The notes below the pieces were generated by a model, which saw only the letters and a list, made by a program, of their open reading frames with translations, searched no databases and was not told where the DNA came from. Made by a program: the position numbers and the translations under genes. DNA of 32,000 nucleotides from Idiomarina loihiensis L2TR (lineage in GTDB: Bacteria > Pseudomonadota > Gammaproteobacteria > Enterobacterales > Alteromonadaceae): positions 2,730,001 to 2,762,000 of the forward strand of contig NC_006512.1 in NCBI RefSeq assembly GCF_000008465.1, given 5' to 3'. This document shows, in pieces, positions 1 to 9,470 of this stretch; position 1 is the first letter of the stretch; the number at the start of each line of letters is the position of its first letter.

Positions 1-811
1 GCGACCATTCCCATATAAACCAACTAAGAGCCAGGATCAGGAGCTGGCTGATATACACCTTCAACTCCGCAGCAATGTCCGGTGAGTATGGTGTGAAGTA
101 AGTAATCCAGATACCACTGTGTGATAAAAGTGCGAGGGTAAAGGTTAATGTCAGACCGCCAAAGGAAATTAACAGGCGGCTACCGAACAACCGCGCTGAA
201 ACTGCCGCAGCTAAAGCCAACAGAATAAGAATACCGGCGTTAACCCCCAAAGCTGTTTGTTGCTGCTGCAGGCGCAGTTGTAGGTCGCCTGGCTGCCACA
301 GACCTATAGACGGCATTTGTTCCGGCCATTGCTGCACCGACACAGCCAACCAGACAATTTTGTTAGCGGGTAAGGTTACCGGCAGAATTTGCTCATGAGA
401 TAAATAATTTCGCTGTAATAGCGGGGTGGAAAACCGACTGATGTTACTGCTTTCTATTTGCCCATTTTTATCCAGTAAATAAACCCCAACTTGTTCCAGG
501 TAAGGGTCGGCGAAATGCAGGTGAAGAGTAAGCGGCGCGTTACTGCGATTAAACAAAGGAACCACGCCCCAGACATTGGGTCGTTCACCTGCGTAGTTAT
601 GAGCCTGCAACTGCTCCGGGCTTAACCATCGCTGCGGTTCATCAATAGCAATGCTCTCAACTTGCAGGTTGGCATTGACCACCCGGTAATTGAAGTGTTC
701 ATTCAGCATTAAGCGCGAGCTTTGCGGGGAGACGGTTAGAGGATCCTGAGCAAAAGCCGGTGGTATCAGAGTTAACGCTAACAGTAGTGCGGCAAACAAG
801 TAGTTAAACAT
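1..811 (-). CDS. N-terminal part of a membrane sensor protein (signal peptide, ~170-aa periplasmic domain, then TM helices; 7TMR-DISM-like architecture). The 3' end lies outside the window.
   Basis: My manual reverse translation from ATG 811..809 stays open to position 1: MFNYLFAALLLALTLIPPAFAQDPLTVS...NAGILILLALAAAVSARLFG...LTLTFTLALLSHSGIWITYF...LLILALSWFIWEWS. It has a cleavable-looking signal peptide followed by repeated hydrophobic helices. This ORF is absent from the ORF track because the window edge truncates it. The family call rests on architecture only. Confidence 0.45.
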   Translation of the reverse strand, partial: MFNYLFAALLLALTLIPPAFAQDPLTVSPQSSRLMLNEHFNYRVVNANLQVESIAIDEPQRWLSPEQLQAHNYAGERPNVWGVVPLFNRSNAPLTLHLHFADPYLEQVGVYLLDKNGQIESSNISRFSTPLLQRNYLSHEQILPVTLPANKIVWLAVSVQQWPEQMPSIGLWQPGDLQLRLQQQQTALGVNAGILILLALAAAVSARLFGSRLLISFGGLTLTFTLALLSHSGIWITYFTPYSPDIAAELKVYISQLLILALSWFIWEWS

Positions 812-1064
812 AACCATGCTCCACCAGGAGTGCTTTTACTGTAGCTTCGGGTTCTTCCAGAGCTTGTAACCAGACGGCATCACAAATTTCCGAGTAGAAC
901 AGCAGCCAGTGCCGCTGGTTAATACTCAAACGCCAGCAAAACTGGTCCGCAGCCCATTCTTTTTCACGGATGGTAGCACCAATACGCTCACAAAGTTCGT
1001 TCACCCAAAGCTCATGGTCAGCTTCCGGTGGCGTACTTTTTAGCGTAATGACGTTGTCTTCCAT
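804..1064 (-). CDS. Small acidic hypothetical protein (86 aa)
   Basis: ORF-track entry. It starts 10 nt after the recQ stop, and its stop overlaps the ATG of the downstream sensor gene (ATGTTTAA, 8-nt overlap). I recognise no family. Confidence 0.5.
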   Translation of the reverse strand: MEDNVITLKSTPPEADHELWVNELCERIGATIREKEWAADQFCWRLSINQRHWLLFYSEICDAVWLQALEEPEATVKALLVEHGYV

Positions 1065-1073
1065 TGTTACTCT

Positions 1074-2918
1074 TTACCCGTTAAATAATTGCCGCTCGCT
1101 GGCTCCGGACAAGAAAGCTTCCACGGCCTGCATAAACTCATTGCCATAACGTGCCAGTTTAACTTCTCCAACACCATTGATTTCTAACATATCTTTGGCT
1201 GTTGTGGGATAGTGTACGCACATTTCCACCAGTGCCGCATCACTGAACACCACAAAAGGCGGCACCTGATCACGGTCAGCAATGTCTTTACGCAACTTAC
1301 GCAAACGCCGGAACAAAATTTTATTATAGTCACCCCGGTCGGTAATTCGGGTTTTGGTTGCAGTTAATTCTATTCGCGGCTTAGCCAGTTCCAGCGGAAC
1401 TTCGCCTTTTAACACAGGGCGGGCTGCATCAGTGAGCTGAAGTGCTGCAAAACGCCGAATGTCCTGCAGAATAAGCCCTCGGTGAATGAGCTGCCGTAAC
1501 ACCGAAAACCAGTGCTCCTGAGTTTCCGACTTGCCTAAGCCGTACGTGCTCAACTGGTCGTGTCCCAGCTCGAGAACACGTTGGGCTTTTGAACCACGCA
1601 AAACCTCAACTACATGGTTAATACCAAACTGCTGACCGACTCGGTATACACAGCTCAGTGCTTTTTGAGCGTCTTCCAGACCGTCGTAGCGCTGGGGCGG
1701 ATCCAGACACAAATCGCAGTTTCCGCATTCCTTATCCGAGTATTCATTAAAATAATTCAACACCACCAGCCGCCGGCAGGTCTGCGCTTCTGCCATAGCC
1801 TGCATAGCTGAAAACTTTTGCGCCTCGACCAAGCGCCGCTGCTCATTCTCCTGATCTTCTATCATGCGTCGTATCCATTGCGCGTCGCGCGGGTCATAAA
1901 GCATGACAGCCTCGGCTGGCAGACCATCTCGGCCAGCACGCCCGGTTTCCTGATAGTAAGATTCAACGCTGCGGGGAATATCAAAATGAATGACAAAACG
2001 AATGTTGGGCTTATTAATACCCATACCAAAGGCCACCGTCGCAACAACAACATCTATGTCGTCACGCAGAAACTGGCGCAGGGTGCTTTCCTTTATCTGG
2101 TGCTCAATACCGGCATGGTAGGGTGCAGCGCGCACCCCGGCTTGCTGCAGACTTTCCGACAGCTCTTCGGTTTTTTTGCGGCTGCCGCAGTAAATAATTC
2201 CGGCGGCGCCTTTTTGCTTTTTAACGTAGTCACGAACCTGCTTCAGCGGCTTGTACTTTTCCTGCACCACGTAACGAATATTGGGACGGTCGAACGAGCT
2301 GCGATGCACCAGAGGTTCGCGCAGACACAGCCGTTCAATAATGTCGTGCTGGGTGGCAGAGTCTGCGGTTGCCGTTAATGCCATAAAAGGCACATTGGGC
2401 AGGTAATTACGCAGTACTCCGAGTTTGCCGTATTCAGGCCGGAAGTCATGTCCCCATTGGCTGATACAGTGGGCTTCATCCACCGCAATAAAATTCAGCT
2501 TTAAGGTTTGCAGGCGTTCAATAAAGGTTGGTTGTAAAACCCGCTCTGGACTTACATAAAGCAGCTTAATGTCACCGCTCTGAAGCCCTTGCATGGTTGC
2601 CATAGATTCTTGCGATGACACCCCGGAATGCAGCGTCGCCGCGGAAATATCCAGAGCTTTAAGTGCCTCGACCTGATCCTGCATTAACGACAGTAACGGT
2701 GAAATAACCAGGGTAAGGCCGTCACCACAAATAGCCGGCAACTGGTAGCACAGCGACTTACCGCCGCCGGTTGGCATCAGCACCAGAGAGTCACGCCCTT
2801 GCATAGCGGCCTGCATAATATCCTCTTGGCCATCACGAAACTGATGATAGCCAAAGGTAGATTCAAGCTGCTGCTTAAGCGGATCAAATTGTGCTTTTTC
2901 GGCGGTACTGCTGTGCAT
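1074..2918 (-). CDS. recQ: ATP-dependent DNA helicase RecQ
   Basis: 614 aa. Contains Walker A (MPTGGGKS), the DEAH box (AVDEAHCISQWGHDFRPEY), the RecQ zinc-binding Cys cluster (CGNCDLC) and a C-terminal HRDC-like region. Confidence 0.95.
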   Translation of the reverse strand: MHSSTAEKAQFDPLKQQLESTFGYHQFRDGQEDIMQAAMQGRDSLVLMPTGGGKSLCYQLPAICGDGLTLVISPLLSLMQDQVEALKALDISAATLHSGVSSQESMATMQGLQSGDIKLLYVSPERVLQPTFIERLQTLKLNFIAVDEAHCISQWGHDFRPEYGKLGVLRNYLPNVPFMALTATADSATQHDIIERLCLREPLVHRSSFDRPNIRYVVQEKYKPLKQVRDYVKKQKGAAGIIYCGSRKKTEELSESLQQAGVRAAPYHAGIEHQIKESTLRQFLRDDIDVVVATVAFGMGINKPNIRFVIHFDIPRSVESYYQETGRAGRDGLPAEAVMLYDPRDAQWIRRMIEDQENEQRRLVEAQKFSAMQAMAEAQTCRRLVVLNYFNEYSDKECGNCDLCLDPPQRYDGLEDAQKALSCVYRVGQQFGINHVVEVLRGSKAQRVLELGHDQLSTYGLGKSETQEHWFSVLRQLIHRGLILQDIRRFAALQLTDAARPVLKGEVPLELAKPRIELTATKTRITDRGDYNKILFRRLRKLRKDIADRDQVPPFVVFSDAALVEMCVHYPTTAKDMLEINGVGEVKLARYGNEFMQAVEAFLSGASERQLFNG

Positions 2919-2978
2919 GGTTATATTGACTTCCCGAGTAACATGCTCTTATTGTAAGCGTCCTGTCCGCTAATCACC

Positions 2979-3443
2979 ATGCCGAAAATGAATACACAAA
3001 CAATACTGACAAAAGTTTCCGAGTTTATGAACACTCAGGTTCCGTTCCAGGCACTGCTTGGCCTGGAAATTACGGAGTTTAACCCTGCGCGTGGTGAAAT
3101 TCGATTTAAATGGCAGGAACAACTTATGGGTAATGTGCCACAGCGTATGCTGCACGGCGGGGTTACCGCAACAGCCCTGGACACCGCCGGAGGACTGGTC
3201 GCTATTGCCGGCATGGTCGACAGACTGGAGTCTCCTACTGAAGCTTATTTAATGGAGCGTCTGAGCCGTTGTGGTACTATTGACCTTCGGGTTGATTATC
3301 TTCGTCCGGGACGCGGTACCGAGTTCATAGCCAGCGCAACCATTATCCGCTCAGGTAATAAAGTAGCGGTGGCACGGATGGAGTTGCACAACGAAGAAGG
3401 CACGCACATAGCGTTCGGAACCGGGACTTATCTGGTCGGCTAA
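2979..3443 (+). CDS. yigI: PaaI/YigI-type hotdog-fold acyl-CoA thioesterase
   Basis: 154 aa with a hotdog thioesterase pattern (MLHGGVTATALDTAGG). It sits between recQ and rarD, as yigI does in E. coli. Confidence 0.75.
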   Translation: MPKMNTQTILTKVSEFMNTQVPFQALLGLEITEFNPARGEIRFKWQEQLMGNVPQRMLHGGVTATALDTAGGLVAIAGMVDRLESPTEAYLMERLSRCGTIDLRVDYLRPGRGTEFIASATIIRSGNKVAVARMELHNEEGTHIAFGTGTYLVG

Positions 3444-3469
3444 CGCTGATAAAAAAGGATTCTATCGAC

Positions 3470-4405
3470 ATGTCCGATGACGCTGTTCGGGCGCGGCAAG
3501 GCGTTTTTTTCGCACTTGCAGCCTATACTTTTTGGGGCATAGCACCGGTTTACTTCAAGCTGGTGAAACAAGTACCTGCACTAGAAATACTCTCCCATAG
3601 AATTATCTGGGCATTTTTGATGGTGTTTGTGCTGATAGTTGCCATGAAGCGACTGGATCGCATTCGCCCTATTCTGAAAAGCCGCAAATTAGTACTACGC
3701 TTAACCCTGGCAACCTGCCTGCTGGGTGGTAACTGGTTTTTATTTATTTGGGCCGTCAACAGTAACCACATGTTAGATGCCAGCCTCGGCTACTACATTA
3801 ACCCATTATTGAATGTGGCTATCGGAATGGTGTTTTTTGCCGAACGTATGCGCCGCTTGCAGTTAGTTGCCATTGCTATGGCCGTGGTGGGCGTTACCAT
3901 CCAAATTGTTACCTTTGGCTCGGTACCCTGGGTGGCTCTGGCTTTAGCCTCTAGTTTTGCCATTTACGGCGCCATTCGCAAACGTCTGCCGGTCGATTCT
4001 ATTAGCGGACTTTGGCTTGAAACTGCGATTCTATTCCCGGTAATGCTTATTTATCTATTTGTGTTTGCCGAATCAGCCAGTAGTGATTTAACCGCTAACC
4101 CGTGGACGTTAAACCTGTTGCTCGTTGCCGCCGGGCTGGTCACAACCATTCCACTACTGTGTTTTACCGCAGCAGCACAGCGCCTGCGTTATGCGACACT
4201 GGGTTTTTTCCAGTATATAGCTCCAACATTAATGTTTGCTTTGGCGGTAGTGGTTTACGGTGAGCCTTTAGAAGAAAGTAAGCTGGTCACTTTCATTATT
4301 ATCTGGAGTGCGCTGGCACTGTACAGTTTCGATTCTATTATACAGCGCCAGCGTGATCGTAAAGCGAAGAAGAAGTTAGCTTCAGCTGAGGCTGGCATCC
4401 ATTGA
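3470..4405 (+). CDS. rarD: EamA/RarD family transporter
   Basis: 311 aa, about 10 TM helices, N-terminus typical of RarD (GVFFALAAYTFWGIAPVYFK). Synteny with yigI and recQ supports the call. Confidence 0.85.
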   Translation: MSDDAVRARQGVFFALAAYTFWGIAPVYFKLVKQVPALEILSHRIIWAFLMVFVLIVAMKRLDRIRPILKSRKLVLRLTLATCLLGGNWFLFIWAVNSNHMLDASLGYYINPLLNVAIGMVFFAERMRRLQLVAIAMAVVGVTIQIVTFGSVPWVALALASSFAIYGAIRKRLPVDSISGLWLETAILFPVMLIYLFVFAESASSDLTANPWTLNLLLVAAGLVTTIPLLCFTAAAQRLRYATLGFFQYIAPTLMFALAVVVYGEPLEESKLVTFIIIWSALALYSFDSIIQRQRDRKAKKKLASAEAGIH

Positions 4406-4804
4406 GATTTCAGCCTTCAGCACTTTGCTGACAGGACAGCCTTCTTTCGCTTTTTCAGCCAGTTTCTGGAATTTGTCTTCGTCAATATCCGGAATACTGG
4501 CTTTCACCTTCAGATGAATTTTAGCGATACTGAAGCCGTCACCATCTTCTTCTAACGACACTTCGGCTTTAGCATCAATACTGTCCGGCTCATAGCCAGA
4601 TTCACCCAGCATTAACGAAAACGCCATGGCATAACAGCCTGCGTGCGCCGCACCCAGAAGTTCTTCCGGGTTGGTGCCTTTGCCTTCTTCAAAGCGGCTC
4701 TTAAATGAGTACTGGGTACTGTCTAAAACACCACTTTGCGTTGAAACAACGCCTGAACCTTCTTTTATACTACCTTTCCACTGTGCATTTGCAGAGCGTT
4801 TCAT
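4382..4804 (-). CDS. osmC: OsmC/Ohr family peroxiredoxin-like protein
   Basis: 140 aa with OsmC-like motifs (NPEELLGAAHAGCY ... KEGCPVSK, two conserved Cys). The 3' end overlaps the rarD 3' end by 24 nt (convergent). Confidence 0.85.
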   Translation of the reverse strand: MKRSANAQWKGSIKEGSGVVSTQSGVLDSTQYSFKSRFEEGKGTNPEELLGAAHAGCYAMAFSLMLGESGYEPDSIDAKAEVSLEEDGDGFSIAKIHLKVKASIPDIDEDKFQKLAEKAKEGCPVSKVLKAEISMDASLS

Positions 4805-4879
4805 AAAATGCCTCCGACATTGTATGTATGTACCTTAAAGGTAGTCGAAGAATGCGGTTTTTGATCACCTCTTTACACT

Positions 4880-7051
4880 TTAGAAAACCGGATCCAGTCG
4901 TGCATAAGCAACAACCAGCCACTTGCTGCCGACATTGTCGAAGTTAATCTGAATTCTGGATTGCGGACCGGTACCTTCATAATTCAACACCGTACCTTCG
5001 CCAAACTTCGGGTGGCGCACGCGTTGGCCTAATGAATAACCCGTTTGCTCAAAGCTTTCGTGGCTGGCTGCGTTATTGAACCGGCCATAACTGGCGGGCT
5101 TTTCTACCCGGGTTTGCAGCCGAACTTCATGCAGAGTGTCCGCCGGTATTTCACTGATAAAGCGACTGACTTTATGAAACAGTTCCTGACCGTAAATACG
5201 GCGCTGTTCGGCATAAGTAAGCACTAACTTTTCCATTGCGCGGGTCATACCTACGTAGCAAAGGCGGCGCTCTTCTTCCAGCCTTCCGGGCTCATCCATC
5301 GATTGCTGAGACGGGAACAGGCCCTCTTCCACACCGGTCATAAATACTAATGGAAACTCCAGACCTTTCGCACTGTGCAGTGTCATGAGCTGTACGGCAT
5401 CCTGATATTCATCGGCCTGCTCTTCACCAGCTTCAAGCGAAGCGTGTGCTAAAAACGCATTCAGCGGTGTCATGTCTTCTTCGTCGTCATCCAGAGTGAA
5501 GTTTTCACAGGCAGTCACCAGCTCTTTTAAGTTCTCGACCCGGGTTTCCGCTTTTTCGCCTTTTTCGGCCTCGTACATGGCCATCAGACCGCTTTTCTTA
5601 ATGACTTCGTCACTCAGGCGGCCTAATGAAAACTCTTCGGTTTCGTCGTCTAAGTTCTCGATAAAATCCAGAAACGAACCCACCGCGTTACGCGCACGCC
5701 CGGCCAACTGCTTTTCATTGACCATATATTTTGCCGCCTGCCATAAAGACTCTTCACGTTCTCGGGCAGCCTGGCGGATCATATCCATAGTACGATTACC
5801 AATGCCCCGCGTCGGCGTATTGATCACCCGCTCGATAGCGGCGTCATCGTCGCGGTTGCCGAGAATTCGCAAGTACGCTAGTGCGTCTTTTATTTCCTGG
5901 CGGTCGAAGAAACGCAAGCCGCCATAAATACGATACGGGACGCGCGCATGCAGCAACGCTTCCTCTAAAATACGTGATTGTGCGTTACTTCGGTATAAAA
6001 TGGCGGAGTCTTGCAGCGAACCGCCCTGATCACGCCATTCTTCAATTCGTGCTACAATATAACGGGCTTCGTCCATTTCATTGAAGCCCGCATACAGGCT
6101 TATCGGCTCGCCGTCGTTACCGTCTGTCCATAAGTCTTTACCCAGACGCCCCGAGTTATTGGAAATAACCGAGTTTGCGGCGCGCAAAATGGTGCTTGTA
6201 GAGCGATAGTTCTGCTCCAGACGGATAGTCTCAGAGCCTTCAAAATCCGATAGAAACTGATGAATATTCTCGACTTTGGCACCACGCCAGCCATAAATGG
6301 ACTGGTCATCGTCACCAACAATGGTCACACTGTTCTGGCTGCCAGCCAATAAACGGATCCAGGCATACTGGATTGAGTTGGTGTCCTGAAACTCGTCGAC
6401 TAGAATATGGCGGAAGCGGTTTTGATAATGCTCGCGGACAATGCGGTTATTCCGCAGTAACTCGTGCGCACGCAGCAGCAATTCGGCAAAATCCACCAGG
6501 CCTGCACGGTCACAGCTTTCCTGATACAAAGTGTAGATTTCTTTTAAGGTTTGCTCTGTAGGATCGTAGGTTTCAATGTGCTGCGGGCGCAGACCTTCGT
6601 CTTTTTTACCATTGATGTACCACTGCGCCTGCTTTGCCGGCCAGCGTTTATCATCCAGGTTTAAGCTTTTAATTAAACGCTTAATTAACCGTTGCTGGTC
6701 ATCACTGTCAATTATCTGAAAGTTTTGCGGCAGACCAACGTCCATATAATGCGCACGCAATAAGCGATGCGCCAGACCATGGAAGGTACCAATCCACATA
6801 CCACGTACCGAGCTGCCTACCAGTTGCTCAACCCGTCCGCGCATTTCGGCTGCCGCTTTATTGGTAAAGGTAACAGCCAGAATACTAAAGGGCGAATACT
6901 GCCGCTCCTGAATAAGCCAGGCAATGCGGTGCACCAACACACGGGTTTTACCACTACCGGCTCCGGCCAGAACCAGCATGTGACCGTCGGTTGCAGATAC
7001 GGCCTGCTGCTGTCGTTCGTTTAAATCTGCCAGAAGCGGGTGTGTACTCAT
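4880..7051 (-). CDS. uvrD: DNA helicase II UvrD
   Basis: 723 aa. Has SF1 helicase motifs (AGAGSGKT, VDEFQDTN, GDDDQSIYGWRGA, TLHSAKGLEF, YVGMTRA) and a UvrD-type C-terminal tail. Lies in yigB-xerC synteny. Confidence 0.95.
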   Translation of the reverse strand: MSTHPLLADLNERQQQAVSATDGHMLVLAGAGSGKTRVLVHRIAWLIQERQYSPFSILAVTFTNKAAAEMRGRVEQLVGSSVRGMWIGTFHGLAHRLLRAHYMDVGLPQNFQIIDSDDQQRLIKRLIKSLNLDDKRWPAKQAQWYINGKKDEGLRPQHIETYDPTEQTLKEIYTLYQESCDRAGLVDFAELLLRAHELLRNNRIVREHYQNRFRHILVDEFQDTNSIQYAWIRLLAGSQNSVTIVGDDDQSIYGWRGAKVENIHQFLSDFEGSETIRLEQNYRSTSTILRAANSVISNNSGRLGKDLWTDGNDGEPISLYAGFNEMDEARYIVARIEEWRDQGGSLQDSAILYRSNAQSRILEEALLHARVPYRIYGGLRFFDRQEIKDALAYLRILGNRDDDAAIERVINTPTRGIGNRTMDMIRQAAREREESLWQAAKYMVNEKQLAGRARNAVGSFLDFIENLDDETEEFSLGRLSDEVIKKSGLMAMYEAEKGEKAETRVENLKELVTACENFTLDDDEEDMTPLNAFLAHASLEAGEEQADEYQDAVQLMTLHSAKGLEFPLVFMTGVEEGLFPSQQSMDEPGRLEEERRLCYVGMTRAMEKLVLTYAEQRRIYGQELFHKVSRFISEIPADTLHEVRLQTRVEKPASYGRFNNAASHESFEQTGYSLGQRVRHPKFGEGTVLNYEGTGPQSRIQINFDNVGSKWLVVAYARLDPVF

Positions 7052-7114
7052 TAGCGGTCACCTAAATCATTATTGAGAACTGTATTACGTTATGCCGTCA
7101 GTGTAATAGTGCAT

Positions 7115-7134
7115 CACTGTATAAGCAACCAGTA
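7115..7134. promoter_or_regulatory. Candidate LexA (SOS) box upstream of uvrD
   Basis: The sequence is caCTGTataagcaaCCAGta, i.e. CTGT-N8-CCAG. It lies 64-83 nt upstream of the uvrD ATG. The E. coli uvrD SOS box likewise has a CCAG second half-site. Confidence 0.4.
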
Positions 7135-7148
7135 GTTGTTCGCCGGCT

Positions 7149-7859
7149 TTAATCCAATAAAAGCCGTTGTAGCTGATTCAGGTTATGCAAAGTAACGGTT
7201 GGCAACACCGATAAGTGCGCAGTGGTTCCCAGCCCCGAGGTTAGCCAGGCCGACTGCCAACCATGACGCTGCGCGCCAAGAATATCGGAATATGGATGAT
7301 CTCCCACATGTAAGAACTCATGCGGTTGCAACTCAGGTAACTTTCGTTCAGCGGCGGCGAACATATCGGGCAGGGGTTTGCCGCGAATGCCGTCTCCGGG
7401 CTGAATCACCAGCTCGAAGTACTTAGCCAGACCAATTTTATCCGCATTAACATTGCCATTACTCAGCGCAATTAATTTGTAACGCTGCGACAGAGCCTCC
7501 AATAATTTTATACTGTCTTGTGGCACTTCAAAGTTACTGCGCTCGGACAGAAACACATCCATAATGGTATTCGCGGCCCGTGCCGAATCATCAACACCGA
7601 ACTTCTCTAACCCCAGCTCCAGGGTCTTCAGGCGCAGTTTGGTCATATCGCTGGCAAAAGTTTCGTCAGTACGGCTAACCTCATCACGGAAGCGGCGCCA
7701 GTGGTGCATGTCCCACTCAGCAGTTTGCGGGTATTGTTCCGCAATATAGCTGTGAGCGACTTCTTCCGTACGCTGCATAACCGGCACGTTGTCATAAAGC
7801 GTGTCATCTAAATCAAAACTGATAACTTTGGGTAAATGCCAACGGCGGTGGAACTGCAT
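7149..7859 (-). CDS. yigB: HAD-superfamily phosphatase, YigB-like
   Basis: 236 aa with HAD motif I (ISFDLDDTLYDN) and motif IV (HVGDHPYSDI). Positioned between xerC and uvrD as in enterobacteria. Confidence 0.75.
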   Translation of the reverse strand: MQFHRRWHLPKVISFDLDDTLYDNVPVMQRTEEVAHSYIAEQYPQTAEWDMHHWRRFRDEVSRTDETFASDMTKLRLKTLELGLEKFGVDDSARAANTIMDVFLSERSNFEVPQDSIKLLEALSQRYKLIALSNGNVNADKIGLAKYFELVIQPGDGIRGKPLPDMFAAAERKLPELQPHEFLHVGDHPYSDILGAQRHGWQSAWLTSGLGTTAHLSVLPTVTLHNLNQLQRLLLD

Positions 7860-7885
7860 AACGCGTTACTCTTATTTGATAAAAG

Positions 7886-8788
7886 TTAAGTCGATTTTTT
7901 CCGGGCGCGCGGGTGGGCGCTGTCATAAACACTGGCTAAACGTTTAAAGTCCAGATGAGTATACACCTGAGTTGTGGATAAGTTAGCGTGTCCAAGCATT
8001 TCCTGCACAGCGCGCAAATCACCACTGGATTCCAGCATATGAGAGGCAAACGAATGCCTTAACTTATGCGGGTGCAAGTCACCCACCACACCTTGTTGTT
8101 TGCCCCAGTAATTCAGCCGCTGCTGCACAGTACGGGGGCTAATACGCTGTAGCCTTTTGCTCACAAAGAGCGCCAGCTCAGGCTTTTGATTTAACCAGGC
8201 CTGACGCACTGACAACCATTTTTTTAAGGCTTTTTCAGCACAACGACCAAAGGGCACAATACGCGTTTTGCTGCCTTTACCGGTCACCCGTAATTGCATC
8301 ATACGGTGGTCAATGTGGTCTAGATCAAGACTCACCAGCTCCGCCAGACGAATACCACTGGCATAGAGCAGCTCCATCATGGCGGCGTCTCGAATGGCTA
8401 AGTCATCATCTGTGGGTAAATCCAGCAAATGAGAGATACTGTCCACATCGAGGTTTTTGGGTAAGCGTTTGGGAATTTTAGGTGCCGATACTGACATGGC
8501 CGGGTTGTCATCCATAGCGTTAGATTCCACCATGAACTGACAGAAAGTGCGCCATGCCGATAGTTTTAAAGCGATACTGCGTTCACCCAGCCCATTGCGC
8601 CGCCAACCGACTAAAAGCCGTTCAATAACAGGGACACGCAGCGCTTTAGGTTCCGTTATTTTTTGCAGTTCAAGAGCAGTCAGATCAGCGGCGATAAGGC
8701 GCTGGTAATTCTTTAGCGTTAGCTCCGCTAAGCCCCGCTCTCCCTGCAGTTGTTGCATCCATTTTTGCTGCCAGTCATGCAGCTTCAT
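7886..8788 (-). CDS. xerC: Tyrosine recombinase XerC
   Basis: 300 aa. Carries the catalytic signature R...HKLRHSFASHML...LGHANLSTTQVYTH. Lies in the dapF-yigA-xerC-yigB context. Confidence 0.9.
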   Translation of the reverse strand: MKLHDWQQKWMQQLQGERGLAELTLKNYQRLIAADLTALELQKITEPKALRVPVIERLLVGWRRNGLGERSIALKLSAWRTFCQFMVESNAMDDNPAMSVSAPKIPKRLPKNLDVDSISHLLDLPTDDDLAIRDAAMMELLYASGIRLAELVSLDLDHIDHRMMQLRVTGKGSKTRIVPFGRCAEKALKKWLSVRQAWLNQKPELALFVSKRLQRISPRTVQQRLNYWGKQQGVVGDLHPHKLRHSFASHMLESSGDLRAVQEMLGHANLSTTQVYTHLDFKRLASVYDSAHPRARKKST

Positions 8789-9470
8789 GGTTTTGCAGTA
8801 GCCCCGGTAACAATGCGCTGAGCAAGGCCTGTAGCTGATTGATCAGTAACTTGTCCATTGCCGGCTCAAAGTGACTGGCGTTAGTATTACCAACCGCCAG
8901 CATCCCCAGTTCGCCATTGTCACCCAACAACAGCAGTGCCACTGAGGCTATTTCTTCGTCTTGAAACAACAGCTTATGCTCTTGCTCCGTTAAGCGACCG
9001 AGATAAATAGAACTTTCATTGAAACGTTTGCTTAGTAGCTTTTTGTGAGTGTCGGAAGCAAAGCTGTATTGCTCGCCTAAATCGACCGGGCTGTCGAAAA
9101 ACTTCAAGGACAAGGCCGGCATTTCCAGCTCATTCTCAAAGGTGTTTTGCAGTTCATCCAGAACCTGACTCAGGCTCTGACAGCGCAACAGACTTACGTA
9201 TAAGTTGCTGTAAGCCGAGAAAATCGCTTCATTGCGGCGCGCGTTTATCATCAGCTCGGTAATTTCTTCTTCCAGCTGCTGTACGCGCAAACGCAGCTTT
9301 TGCTGCTGCCGTTCAATTAACGAGACGGCGCCTTTTTCACTGTGTTGAAACTGTAACTGAGCCAGTAAGTCATCGTTTCTCGTGAAAAAATCAGGGTTCT
9401 CTTGTAAGTATTCTCTTATAAGGCTGTCGTCTAAACGTTCATTTGCAATCATTTTCGATTCGCTACTCAT
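8775..9470 (-). CDS. yigA: DUF484 (YigA-like) protein
   Basis: The track ORF runs to 9539, but that would overlap dapF by 73 nt. ATG 9470..9468 ([13 protein letters not shown]...) overlaps the dapF TGA by 4 nt (ATGA). The N-terminus (YLQENPDFF) and a coiled-coil followed by a GAF-like region are typical of DUF484. Confidence 0.8.
   Translation of the reverse strand: MSSESKMIANERLDDSLIREYLQENPDFFTRNDDLLAQLQFQHSEKGAVSLIERQQQKLRLRVQQLEEEITELMINARRNEAIFSAYSNLYVSLLRCQSLSQVLDELQNTFENELEMPALSLKFFDSPVDLGEQYSFASDTHKKLLSKRFNESSIYLGRLTEQEHKLLFQDEEIASVALLLLGDNGELGMLAVGNTNASHFEPAMDKLLINQLQALLSALLPGLLQNHEAA

Noticed and set aside
1614-2378. Antisense ORFs inside recQ (1614..1811, 1818..2378). The same pattern recurs inside uvrD (5472..5927, 6767..7024), lysA, dnaE2 (27035..27613), hemX and yrdA (24633..24923).
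   Set aside because: Each overlaps a strongly supported conserved gene on the opposite strand or in another frame. They have low-complexity or Arg/Ser/Cys-rich translations and no recognisable motifs.
4382-4405. The 24-nt convergent overlap of the rarD and osmC 3' ends as a possible regulatory antisense arrangement.
   Set aside because: Short convergent overlaps are common. The lysine-rich RarD tail may simply be unconstrained, and no hairpin or other signal is visible.
7886-8788. The tyrosine recombinase as a marker of an integrated phage or genomic island.
   Set aside because: It lies in the conserved dapF-yigA-xerC-yigB-uvrD arrangement and carries XerC-type motifs. No att-like repeats, tRNA target or phage genes are nearby.
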